Assembly: GCA_010015805.1 (NCBI GenBank)
Contig: ML978127.1
Coordinates: 992,001 to 1,056,000 of the forward strand
DNA: 64,000 nucleotides
Direction of reading: 5' to 3'
Source of the DNA: Rhizodiscina lignyota
Lineage: Eukaryota
Part shown: positions 12,710 through 24,421 of the stretch, piece after piece
Position numbering within the stretch: the stretch's first letter is position 1
Layout of the letters: the number at the start of each line of letters is the position of its first letter
Made by a program: the position numbers and the translations under genes
The notes under the pieces: generated by a model
Told to the model about the DNA's origin: nothing
The model's input: the letters and a program-made list of their open reading frames with translations, nothing else
Databases searched by the model: none

Positions 12710-13675
12710 ATGCGAATCCTCATAACAGGCGCTGCTGGATACATTGGGCAGATTGTGGCTAAAGAGCTTTTGAATGACGATTCAAATGAGCTTATCCTGA
12801 CCGATATCATCGAGCCACAAGTCCCCCCTGGCTCGAAATACTCACAAAATGCCAAAACCATCCAGGCGGATCTTGTCGAATCTGCCGGAAGCGTCGTCGA
12901 TAAGGGCCTCGACGCTGCGCTCCTCTTCCACGGCATCATGTCTGGCGGTTCGGAGGCAAATTTCGAGTTGGGATATCGAGTCAACGTCGACGCCACGCGA
13001 GCTGTACTAGATAGCCTAGTAACAACGTGTCCAGGAGTACGGGTCATCTACGCATCTTCCGAAGCAGTCTACGGCCAGCCCATTCCAAAAGGGAAGCTCG
13101 ACGAGAATGTATTGGCGACTCCAGAATCATCGTATGGCTGCCAAAAGATCATCTGCGAAACCACGATCAACGATTACACACGCCGGGGCAAAATATGTGG
13201 CTTCTCGATCCGCTTTCCAACAATCTCTGTTCGCGCGGGCAAGCCAACGGCAGCTACGACGTCCTTTGTGTCTGGCGTAATCCGAGAGCCGATGAATGGA
13301 CAGACGTGTATAATTCCACTAAAGGATAGAGCTTGGAAGCACTGGGTGTGTTCTCCTAAGACGCTGATATATAATATCCTTGTCACGCTCAAACTGCCTC
13401 GTGACGCGCTCCCGCCGCACAGAAGAGTTGTCAACATGCCGGGATTTGCAATCTCAATTCAGGATATGTTAGACGCCTTGGAGGAGGTTGGTGGAAAAGA
13501 CAAATTAACTTTCGTGCGCGAAGAAGAGGATCCTTCTCTGAAATCTCTCTACTACTCCTGGGCAGACGATTTTGACAATTCTCTTGGGCTATCCCTGGGA
13601 ATGAAACGCGATACGTCCTTCGTAGAGGCAGTGCGAGATTACAAGCTTACTTTGGAGGAGCCAAATAAGGCCTAA
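12710..13675 (+). CDS. Extended SDR / NAD-dependent epimerase-dehydratase, D-erythronate dehydrogenase (DenD)-like; intronless
   Basis: ITGAAGYIG, ASSEAVYG, YxxxK (YGCQK), and RFPTISVRAGKPTAATTSFVSGVIREP resembling the DenD-family RLPT..RPGKPN.AASSF.SGIIREP segment. Confidence 0.8.
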   Translation: MRILITGAAGYIGQIVAKELLNDDSNELILTDIIEPQVPPGSKYSQNAKTIQADLVESAGSVVDKGLDAALLFHGIMSGGSEANFELGYRVNVDATRAVLDSLVTTCPGVRVIYASSEAVYGQPIPKGKLDENVLATPESSYGCQKIICETTINDYTRRGKICGFSIRFPTISVRAGKPTAATTSFVSGVIREPMNGQTCIIPLKDRAWKHWVCSPKTLIYNILVTLKLPRDALPPHRRVVNMPGFAISIQDMLDALEEVGGKDKLTFVREEEDPSLKSLYYSWADDFDNSLGLSLGMKRDTSFVEAVRDYKLTLEEPNKA

Positions 13676-13817
13676 AAGTGACTCAATGCATGGAGAGATG
13701 CTGCAACGGGTTACGAATCTATTTCTGTATAGCATCTAAATATTTCCGAGCAAGCCAAATTGGAACGACAACAACAGAACAACGTTCTCCAACTGGTCCT
13801 GAAGCCCTCCGTTCAAT

Positions 13818-14711
13818 CTATGCTTTGCCCGATGACATGAGCCAGTCCATATTCTCCTCTATAATTTTCTGCATGGCTTTTGTTTGCTCTTCGATTACCG
13901 TAGTCAATCCCACCTTTCCAGTCAGCTCGGCTCCGACTTTGGTATATACATTGTTCACGTGTCCGTTGATATTGATCTTAGAAACGCCAGCAGCAATGCA
14001 CTTCTGCATCAGCTCTTCCTGGAAGTATTCTTCATGTGCTCCGTGCAAGACAAGCCTTACTCTATCCCCGACGGACGCAGCGATCCGCTCAAGTCTCGGA
14101 AAGTCCAACTGAGGCCCGCTGGGTCCGTATTTCCCGTGAACATTGCCAATCGCCGGGGCGAGCCAGTGGATGCCTAAGTTCACGAATTCCTCCGCTTGCT
14201 CCGGTGTGGTCAGAACCTCTTCCATGCCGACGGTGTCGGCGATGCCATCTTCGACCCCGTTAATGCGGCCGGGCTCCACCTCTGCGATGATACCCCGATC
14301 ATTACAGTACGCAACCAATTCCTTGCTGAGTCGCATGTTCTCTTCTTTTTCATAGTGGCTCATGTCCACCATGATTCCGTCAAAGCCACCCAAATCCGCC
14401 GCCCGTCTGATAATCTCCGGCGATTGCGCGTGATCCATGTGAACTGCTACTGGAACGGTAGCTTTGCTGGCGGCTTCGGCCGCGGCGTGTAGAAGTAGGC
14501 CGTCAGCATATTCGATAGACCATGGAAAGAGTTGAATGAGAGCTGGAGATCGTTTGGCTTCTGCTGCACGGACTGTCGCTATGATTCCTTCCAAGTTATA
14601 AACACAGATGGCCGCGATCGCATATTTCCCAGCATAAGCAGCATCAACGATGGCTTGAGCGCGATTGCCCTTCAATTTGGGATGAATTCCGTTCGTTACA
14701 GCCGAGCTCAT
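13818..14711 (-). CDS. Class II (metal-dependent) ketose-bisphosphate aldolase, non-glycolytic paralog; intronless
   Basis: VHMDH, MVDMSH, EVEPGRI.G.EDG, LAPAIGNVHGKY, LVLHG, GVSKININ. Confidence 0.9.
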   Translation of the reverse strand: MSSAVTNGIHPKLKGNRAQAIVDAAYAGKYAIAAICVYNLEGIIATVRAAEAKRSPALIQLFPWSIEYADGLLLHAAAEAASKATVPVAVHMDHAQSPEIIRRAADLGGFDGIMVDMSHYEKEENMRLSKELVAYCNDRGIIAEVEPGRINGVEDGIADTVGMEEVLTTPEQAEEFVNLGIHWLAPAIGNVHGKYGPSGPQLDFPRLERIAASVGDRVRLVLHGAHEEYFQEELMQKCIAAGVSKININGHVNNVYTKVGAELTGKVGLTTVIEEQTKAMQKIIEENMDWLMSSGKA

Positions 14712-14951
14712 GGTTTCGAATGAAGATGCAAAAGGTAATGGAAATTGAGTTGAACAGCGCAGTCGTCCCGAGATAACCCTTGTGTGAGGCTCTTGTACTG
14801 GACAATCTTAGTTCGGAAACAGCCTGAAATTAACTTACAATAATCTCGACTGGCATTTCCTGTCGCACGGAGCTCGGCTATGTCTTTTTCCTGCACGGTA
14901 CGGACTACGGACTTGATGCCGCGATGCTGAGACGAATGTTGAGTATCTTAG

Positions 14952-15232
14952 TACAGCGCTTTTCGGGTTCACAGTCGCCCCCTAGCTCTTAAAAAATATT
15001 CTAATTAGTTAGCTCAAGCTTTACCTGACTAATAGTTATCATATCGATCAGAAAGAGGATGATTTGTGCGTAGGACGTATAGAATCGGAATAGCTCCGCC
15101 ATACACGTGACTGTAAAGCTCTATAAGTTTCTGTAAATCCCCCGACAGGTCGTAATATATAATTAGTCAGTGCAAGGTCGAGCCAACCAATTATAATGTT
15201 TTTTTTGGAGCAAGGAGGGCGAGTGCGCTGTA
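14952..15232. mobile_element. MITE-like non-autonomous DNA element, copy 1
   Basis: Imperfect ~65 bp terminal inverted repeats (TACAGCGC..CAGTCGCCCCCTAGCTCTTAAAAAATATTCTAATTAGTTAGCTCAAGC / GCAAGGTCGAGCCAACCAATTATAATGTTTTTTTTGGAGCAAGGAGGGCGAGTGCGCTGTA), TA at both ends, no ORF; homologous to 57972-58200. Confidence 0.75.
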
Positions 15233-15640
15233 TCGGAGGGTCATTGGCCTGTTGGGTGCTCTTCGCGGAGTATGAAAGCACCGGCAGACTAAGACTACCA
15301 TGGAAACACGGTGTGTTTTCCTCCGCTGCTGCACGGAAGGCCACATCAGCTGTGTAAAGGACAGGATCCGAAATGAACGATTTTGGTTGGCTTTTAGATG
15401 GCAATGTTCGAGACCTCTCCAGGATTATTCTGCATATGTGATACGCATGCTCTTGGTAATTGATTCAATCGATATATACATGGCGAATGAGAGGATTGTA
15501 TTTAGGAGTAAAGGCTAAAGATGGGTTACATGCTTTCCGTGTGCTAGGGGGTACTTCTGTACCGGGGCCGGGAGTGCCCTAGCGCTAAGGGCAAAGAATC
15601 GGATCAGTGTTAACGACGATGTCCAAAAATTCAACCCAAT

Positions 15641-17701
15641 TTAAGCTACTCGCTCAATATGACTGTGTTCTTGAGCCGCCTTACCCTCTATCACCACCTC
15701 TTCTGCCGCAATTTGCTGCTCGTCGAGTTCGACAACGCGATCGCCAAAGGCCGCAGCAATTTCTTCCAATGTCTTCTTTTTGGTCTCCCTGTGAATGGTT
15801 AGTGTCAGACGCATAGGAAGTTTGGAACAGAGCACGCACGGGAAGTAAAAGTAAACGAGGACCAAGAAGACCGCACAACACCCAACGAAGACGTAGTAGT
15901 AATTCTCTCCGATGGTCGCAAAGGCGCTTGGCCCGGCCTCCGTGACTGCAGCACCATAGTTAGCATCGAACGGTCGTCGGTTCGAGAACAGAAGTAAGCA
16001 TACTGCCAACGTTGACGGCAAAGTGAGCTGCGCCAGCTACCCCCACAATCTTGCTTCTTATGCTCATGGGAAGCACTTCAGCTCCGTAGAGCCATGTTGT
16101 GCTGTTTATCGTGCCATCTATATTGACTTTGTTAGAGCTCCTCGAAACTTCTTGTGGAAATTAAGGAGGCTAACAGTAGCAGACGGTGAATATGTAGATG
16201 CCCAAGATGGCAAATCCCTTGCCAACGCGGTTGTTGGTATGTTGGAATTCCCGTTGCATCACTGCCGAATAAATCTCCGTGAGGATGACTGAGATGAGAC
16301 CGATCATGAGCATCCTGATGCGTGTTAACGGAACTGTGTCAGAAGACCGAGGAAGCGCGACGAACTTGCGACGACCCCATCGATCGGCGAGGAATCTGAT
16401 CGATATAGCATTGGAAACAAAGGCAGCTGTTCCCCAAACTGCTGCCAGTGCAAGGATGGTGTGAGAGTCGATGCCCAAAGATTGATAGAGGTTCGCTAAG
16501 GAATATTAATGGATCGCTCTGGGCTCAGAATGTGAATGTATACTTTGGTAATACTGGAAATTCATGTTAGTAAATCACTTGACATAGTCGTACCAGTACT
16601 TACTTGAATAACGTTGACGCCAGTGATACTCGTCAGTACTTGTACGCCAATCGAACTGGTATGCATTATTAAGGTCTCCGCTCAAAGTCTGGAAAGGGGA
16701 AACGCACACCCATGCGCGACGCTGGTATAGAGTAAAAACCTCTCGTACGGACTTGACCTCTCGCTCCGTCTCATAGTTGATCTGGGCACGCATAAGCGCG
16801 AACTCTTCATGTAATTCATGTGAATGCAGATCGCTCCGGATCTTGATAAACTCCCGGCGCGCCTCATCCACCTTTCCGCTCCTGATCAGTTGACGAGGCG
16901 AGTTGGGCATGAACGTCGCTAAGCCAATGAACATGATGATACCCCAAGGTACCTGGATGCCCAAGGGAAGACGCCATTGTACAGTGCCATAAGGAGCATA
17001 GCCGCACGCGAAACCGACCCAATTGGAGACCATAGTCCCGCAAGAGAGCCCAAGGCCAGAGATTCCACCAATAAAGCCACGGTTGCTTGGAGCACTGATC
17101 TCAGAGAGATAAATCGGAACAGTCGCGATAAGGCCTCTATTATGCATTAGCCAGTCATTGTATTGTGCGCAGGCTTGGTCGAGACGGACCCAACGGCGCA
17201 TCCAGAAATGCCACGCCCTGCAAGGAACATTCCAATATTTACCGAGCCAGTTTGGATAGAGCATCCGACAGTAACGACAACACACATAAGCTGCATGAAT
17301 CGAATTCGTCCGAGTCTGTCGGCGATGAGGATCTGTGTGATAGCACCAACCGCTTCACCGGCTATATAAACTGAGACGACCTGCAGCTTGTCAACATTGC
17401 CGACACCACTTCTCACTCCAAGTGCAAAATACGTACAGCTCCAGTGAGGCCATTGTTTGGATTGTGCATATAAGCCTTCCAACTTGGATGAGCGATTGCT
17501 GTTCCGATCTAGTTAGCGAAGCTGATTCAATCATCAGAGACACTAACTTGTCGTTGCGATTCCGGTATCAAAGCCCTGTTGATTGACCGTCATCAGCAGA
17601 TTCTCTTGTAAAATTTGCAATGCTTAACGTACAAATAGAAATGTGCCAATGGAAGCGAATAGCGCAATGCCAACTGTATACATAGAAGTTGAATTTGCCA
17701 T
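15641..17701 (-). CDS. MFS sugar porter family transporter, many short exons
   Basis: LFGFDTG, ADRLGR, PIYLSEISAPSNRG, QWRLPLGIQ, PNSPRQL, ADRWGRR, WLYGAEVLPMSIRS, PETKKKTLEEI. Confidence 0.9.
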
Positions 17702-18822
17702 GGTTGTTCACTCTATTGACCAAAATCGCATTCTGCATAGAGAAAACAAGCTAAATTTGAGCTATGCGAGATGATAAAAGAGAAACGCTCGCATCTTGTA
17801 CCGCACGATTACTCGTGCTGTATGGGTATCCCTCATACATCCCCGGATTTACCTAGCCTGCAGCGTGAGATCTCCGCCTCACATGAGGCGGGGTACTACG
17901 AACGCTTTAAAACCGGCGCGAAGATCCTCCTACGTGGTCTAAGAGTCGGGAAATTGCTTCCTATGTGTCTATTGAGGCTCTCATGATCGGGTTGATAGAT
18001 CCTGAGGATGGCTTCGGTGGAGAAGAAGAGCTGAGAGCTGAGGAAAGAGATTGGGTGGTTGGGTTCCCCCTTTCTTGGCAGGCCATCTTGCCATTTCTGG
18101 AACGGTGGCTGGAATCTTTAAAAATTGGGCCACTACGGAGTACGGAGTGAGAGAACTACCTGTTAAGGTTCCCTGCGCGCGGCGATTTAGAAACGATTAT
18201 ATATTTCTGCAATTTGGCACCTTACACTTTGCTTTCGTCCTACGTAGATACATAGAAGAATGGCGTGAACATTTCAACTCCCGCGGTACCGCGTGAAAGC
18301 CACACTCGCCATGGGAAGCTATTCCCCTTCAGAATATCTTACGTTCAAGATGCCAAGATCCAACCTATATGAGCCCTTATAAACCAATCTCTCGACGGTT
18401 TTCGAACATCAGCTTCGGTCGAGGTACAAAGCTCCAAGGATTGGGCGTTGATGGAGCCCCTGAGAGTCCGTTCACAGTATGCCGAGGTTTCGTAGGATCT
18501 ACCATTCGACAAGACCAAAACATTCAGGTCCAGAGTTAGGAGTACAGTCCTACAGAGTTGATCGCGGGATTGTTCCTGATGTATACATATTGACGGGAGG
18601 AGTCACCCTCGCTGCGATTGGACAAATCCTATCGGTCCAGTGTCTTTCGATGGCACACTGACCAGCGTTCGACGACCAGGAGCGGGCAGGCGGGTTGACA
18701 GCCAATCGAGCATCAGTCCGGCAATATGAGATCATTAGATACAAAATCTACACCGCGCTCTTGAACTTGACTGAACAGGTAAGCTCGACGTGGATCTTTT
18801 CGAAATCATTTAGCTTGGTACT

Positions 18823-21123
18823 TCAGTGGAAATTGCCCATGTCGTCCATGTTCCAATTGACATAGTCAAAGTATGCTTGCTCAGCATTCCATGGAAATCC
18901 GGAAGAATCATCGAACAATCCTTGGATTGTGGTATTATCTAGAAGTAGGCTGAGTGAAGGGTCCGCCATAGATGACCATCCATCTCGGAAGAGGTCATCA
19001 GTGTCTGGCGACGGTTGAACCTGAGGTAGCTCATCCACCGAGTTCTGAGTTGAAAGGAGAGCTTGAGCTGGGAGATCTTCTAATTGCGGTGGGGCCGTAA
19101 GCTCTCCCGGTTCGGCAGTCGCACTGTTGCCTCCTTCAGAAGTTTCTGCGGAGCTTCTGTGGAGCCGAGAAAGTACTGAGAGGCATCGCGCTGCAGCGTG
19201 GCTATGCGAGCGAAGCTCACCGAGACATCCCTTCGCTCGAGATATGCCTGCTTCCCGCAAATTCTCTTCGCCTTCCTTAATAAAGCCGTCGTTTGATGAA
19301 GGCACTGTTAGCCTCTCGTATTTGAAGCCGACTAGTATTATGGCCGCTTGAAAGACGAAGTAAGTCGCGTACCACCTGATCCCTTGGTGTAGATCTTTCG
19401 CATATTCCTCACAAAAGGCCGCTACGGTGTGAATGGTCTCTAATGCGGTACTCTGACATCTACGTCGCGACTCCTCTTCACCCGGCCACAAATCGGTATG
19501 TCGCTGACTGGTACGCCAAAGCAGAGTGTGGAGATTCAGCTCTTTCCAGAGGACAACTGAACGGGCCATTCGAAACCACAGCGGAACGTCGGCAGTGCGG
19601 AATATAACAGGCAATGACAGCGTCCAGTGCGTAAGTCTGCTATCCATAGAGGCAATGAAATCATGTTTGTCGGGAATGCCAACGTTTTTGGCGGAGAGGA
19701 GACCGGCATATAGTTGATTTGCAATGATGGATAACTGCGAGTGCGCGAGGATTGCGGAATTAGGTGTGGGGTAATCGACTTCTTTTGGGATACTCGTCGC
19801 AGATATCTGGCCCTAATGATCTATTAGCAGCGGCAATGGAATATATCAAGACTTTCCTTACTGAAGCTTCGACATTTCGCGGAAGTCTTGCGTCAATGAA
19901 GTCATCAGAAGTAGTTGTTGGTCTCCCCGTAGTAATACTAAACCCACTTTCAAAGCAGTACAAGGTCCAGAACACTTGTCTTCTTCTCTCCCGAGCAAAC
20001 GCATCAGTCGGTATTGAGGAGGTGAGTTCTCTATGCAATCCCAGGCCAACAGCCATTCTATAGGCTATCCCGGTGAAGTTCCATCCAGTGTTCGGCCGAT
20101 CAGTCTTCTGGAGGTAATTGCCCTGTCAAGATCAAATCAGAAAAGGGCGACGGAATACTTCAGCTCTAACGACTTATCGCACCATGAGAAGACACGCCTG
20201 GACCAGTTCCAGAGTTCCAGACTCAAGCACCTCGACGGAGAACCGTGAACGAGCAGCGTGGAAATATGGAGAGCGACGGTGTTCTACCTCCGTAGTGGAT
20301 ATCCAATGCCCAAGGGCCAACACCATGTAAAAAATAATCTGCCAACTATTCTTGTATGATATTTGACGCCGATTCCGATACCGACGGAGAAATGAGTCTC
20401 GGTGCAAAATGGGATAGCATGCGTTGTATGATTCAAAGTAGACGTTGATTAATGCATCTAGTATCATGGAGTTTGACAGACTTTCAGACATATCAAGTTG
20501 AATGCCCCTGAACGTCGAATCGTCTTGACTATGGCTGGGATCCGGTTGGCCGAGCTGTGCTTGTGACGACAAATCTGGACGCAATGATGTATACATTGCT
20601 TGAAACAAACTGGATCCAGAGCTGCTTCCTGAAGATCATCAGCCAATTTAGTAAGAATTTTGCCTCTGGGATGGGTCCTACCGAGATATCCGGACTTGCG
20701 GCTTTTTGGTATGTTCGCCATCCCATCTCTGGCTTCTGCGCTTTCTTTACTTTCGTGCCATTCGTATTCATCCGAAGATGCAGAGCTTCTGTTATCATCT
20801 TGGTCGAGATTGGTGATCCCACTTTCAGGAAGTGTAGTCGTATCATTGGATATTTGCGCGATAGCAGCCTCGATATCTAATTCCGGATCAAAATCTCGCA
20901 GGAGTGATTCTAATTGTTGACATCGACGTTCCGAAATTTCAAGGTTTGCCCTTGTGAGGGAAGTCCGTGATGGCGGGGCCTCGAAGATGCATTGCTTTCC
21001 GGTCTTTGAGCAGTAGATGCAAGGCTGTCGCGGGCCATTGCTCCCAATGCATCTAGTCTTGCGCCTTTGACATTCTGTGCACGCTCGAGATGATTTGCGC
21101 AGGGAGTGGCGACTTGTTGACAT
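18823..21123 (-). CDS. Zn(II)2Cys6 transcription factor (GAL4-like) with fungal-specific TF domain
   Basis: ACTECQRRKTRCIGSNGPRQPCIYCSKTGKQCIF; YFESYNACYPILH; MAVGLGLHRE..ERRRQVFWTLYCFE..TTGRP. Confidence 0.9.
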
Positions 21124-21728
21124 AGTTTCTAGAAACAGAGTCAATTAGGATGGTTCAACGTGGAAGAGTTGTCCTTTTTCGGCGCGTGCTTAGCAGCGAA
21201 GAGATCAAACCGGGATTGATTTAAACAGAACTAGAGTATTGTCGATGGAATAGGCCTGTACGGGCCTGTATCTAGCAATAGAGGAATGGATGACTGCTCG
21301 CTGTCCATATTACATGTAACCGAAATTTAGTAGCTACTCACGTGCCTGTTGCCAAGGAGACCCTTGATTGGGAAGTGGACTGCGGGGGCGACGATGGTGC
21401 GGACTTTTTCCACCGCGCTTCAGCTTTCTCCTGGATTTCCAGCGGTTGCTTTCAAGCAGTCCTGCAATGGGATAGATAATGGTTCTCAATTCCGACAGTG
21501 TGATCATGCTAATCTGCCGCAGGCCAAGAACAGGTTCTCAACCAGGGTGAGTAAGGTACAAGTGGCTTGCAACATTAGCTTCATGATTGTTCGGCGTACG
21601 CATACACCGAAGACCAAGACACATCAATTGGCAGTCGCGCTCAATAGCGTTCCATTCGAAGATTCTTAGTCTTGTACGTTTGCGATTTCAACCTTGAAAT
21701 TGGCATATATCAGCGCTGAACAAGATCA

Positions 21729-21744
21729 CGGAAATTCTTTTCCG
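21729..21744. promoter_or_regulatory. Candidate Zn2Cys6 binding site CGGAAA-N4-TTTCCG (CGG-N10-CCG)
   Basis: Perfect 6 bp inverted repeat 119 bp upstream of the NmrA-like ATG, in the divergent promoter shared with the TF gene. Confidence 0.45.
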
Positions 21745-21862
21745 AATTTGGAACATGGACTTTCACTATACGCTTGATGGATAAATACGTGGAATTCACT
21801 CACATTGGAAACAACCCCTCTTCGTTACATCTATTCGTAAAGCCACCTCTAAATTTATCAAT

Positions 21863-22771
21863 ATGCGCGTGGTCGTCTTTGGGGCCTCAGGAGTTCAAGG
21901 CAGAGCTCAAGTTGCCGTTCTTGCACGCGCCGGCCACGATGTTGTTGCAGTCAGCCGAAACCCAAAGCCTGTTGAAATAGATGGACGCAAAGTTGAAACT
22001 GCTGCTGCAGACTTCAACGATGAGGCTGCAATCTACCGAATCCTAAGTGGCGCCGATGTCGTCTTCCTAAACCTCCCGTCGACTTCGTTCCATCCTGCAG
22101 AGCCCATCATCGCCGCAGCGAAAACAATCGGAGAAGCGGCGAAAGCGAGTAGCATCCGTATGCTCGTCTTTAATACCAGTATGCCGGTGGCAGATGTACC
22201 ACAGGGCATCAAGGCACAAGAAGATCGGCGTGAGATGCGCCGCCTGCTTCGGGAGTCGGGCGTTCCGGTCGTGAGCATCCAGCCTGTGGTCTATCTTGAC
22301 AACCTGCTTGAGGGCTGGGCGTTGCCACCTATCCGGGACCGCAATACTGTGGTTTACTGCCACAAACCTGAGCTGGATGCCTCATGGATCTGCCACCACG
22401 ATGTCGCGCAACTTATGATGGCAGCAATGGAACGACCGAATCTTGCCGGCCGCAACTTTGCGTGTGGAGGTCCTGAAACTGTGCGGCTTGAGCAATTGAC
22501 GGCGAAGCTCTCCAAAGCATGGAACAGGAAATTGGACTATGAGAATCAGACTGTTGCCGACTTCTGCGACAAGATCAGCCAGACAATGCAGGGAAGGGGC
22601 TTAGAGACTGAACGCATCATCAGCCAGATGTTCAAGGCCTACACTTACTACAATGAGGCCCCTGATCATCCTTTCAACATTGACATGCGACCGGTCCTTG
22701 CAGAACTGCCTGTGACACTGACGCCAATTGAAGAATGGGCCCGAACGCACACCCCACCGGGCTGGGAGTGA
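21863..22771 (+). CDS. NmrA-like / atypical SDR NAD(P)-binding oxidoreductase; intronless
   Basis: VVVFGASGVQG Rossmann motif, ADVVFLNLP, QPVVYLDN, WICHHDVA, GGPE. Confidence 0.85.
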   Translation: MRVVVFGASGVQGRAQVAVLARAGHDVVAVSRNPKPVEIDGRKVETAAADFNDEAAIYRILSGADVVFLNLPSTSFHPAEPIIAAAKTIGEAAKASSIRMLVFNTSMPVADVPQGIKAQEDRREMRRLLRESGVPVVSIQPVVYLDNLLEGWALPPIRDRNTVVYCHKPELDASWICHHDVAQLMMAAMERPNLAGRNFACGGPETVRLEQLTAKLSKAWNRKLDYENQTVADFCDKISQTMQGRGLETERIISQMFKAYTYYNEAPDHPFNIDMRPVLAELPVTLTPIEEWARTHTPPGWE

Positions 22772-24421
22772 CTCAATACTCGTCTCTGAGGCCGCGCCTC
22801 CGCGGTAGCCTGAGTGGTGTCCTATCATCAAGTATGTCTGATAACTGAAAGCCATATGCTTGCATATATAAAATGTCGACTGCAATCTGGGCAGAATGAC
22901 CTCCATTAGAGTCCGAGCTTCGCTCTTACATCTTTCTCGCTTCATGAAGCTTGTACTCTGCTTGCGTGTTGGGAACTTGCCTAGATTAATGTTCGCCAGA
23001 AAGTTGCAATGGACTTGATGAATACAGAACTACGGTAATAAAAGTCGGTAGGCTAGTAGGAGAGGCTCTCGAATTTGTTGCAAAAATAAGTACGAAGTTG
23101 GAGTGAGAAAGTACAAGACGCGTCGTTGCCGCCCCCCTGACGCGACGTGGTTTGGTTCGAACAAGGATCATTTTAGTCCGCAGAAGGGCGTTTGTTAGCG
23201 AGATGTGAATGTGAATGACATTGCATGCTGGCATAGCGACGAAGGTGATATCTTTAGATTCACTGTATAGTATACTAGCTGCTCAACCTAGGAGGAGTGA
23301 AGTTGTTGCTGTTCAAGAACAGGAAGAAGAGCTGCTTGGCTCAGCCTCAGCATATCTAAATTAGGTTTAGTTAATATTTCCCCGTTGTCTTCCCCGCCTT
23401 GCCCGTTTTCTCAGTCTAGTAACTAGCAAGTTCTCCTCGCTTTCGATTCTCATAATGGCCGTCTACCTAATATGACTGTACTGACCCTGTATTCGAAACG
23501 ATATCAGTTGAAATGACCTTCCAGTTATGGTGGTGATATGGCTCAGATTATAATTAGAGTACGCTGCAGCACCTCTGCTCAGTATTCCCACCAGTATCGA
23601 ATCAAGAACCCACGGTCCTCGCCTTAATGGCCAAGCGATAATCGGCCTGCCAGCTCTTTCCTTTACTCTGATCCTTTAGCTTCCTTGAACTGGGGCCACG
23701 AATAGCCACCTGTACACGAGATTAGACCTCTTCAGCCGCACTCAGCCGAAAGCTGAAAGCCTCACCGGATGCCCTTCTTCCCGTTCTCGCATCAGTGGTA
23801 TCTCGGCATCCAGAGCAAATGAATTGTCCTTCGGCTTGCCGTAACTGATAGTGCTGCGAATTGAGCGAACCGCCGCGAAGCATTCGTCTGAGAAGCTGGC
23901 GACTGGCGAGATGCAAGCGTGAAATTGCAACCGGAAATTTGTGCTTTCAGTTGCCATAACCACTTGGAGGTAATGATTGGCTTGATGTGATGGTCGAGAC
24001 ACTCGCCACTGCGTCTTTGGACTCGACAGCTGAAGCCAAGACCAAAAAACAAGCTTTAGATGGCTTGAAGTAAGCGATTCTAGGCGGTTTGAGCGTTGGA
24101 ATGTCTCGATTCACGGAACATGCCTTCTTATAGAACAATGCCACTAATTCAGACCAGCCAGCAAAGCGGGAGGGAGCCATTCTGCTCTGTTTGATCGTGA
24201 GTCAGGAGAGTTATTATAAGGTGGCATTGATCGTGCGACCTTCTGTTGCCAGATGCCAGACCACTCTTTGCAAGTCCATCTCTTCAACTTCGAGTACTCA
24301 GTTGTCTAGTCCGCACTGGCCTCGTTTACCCACCTTTCCCGTAATATCCAATCTGTATCAGAACCTACTTCGAAGTCCACTCATCTATTCCTTCTCAAAT
24401 CCAACTCTCCTGCCTTGCAAT

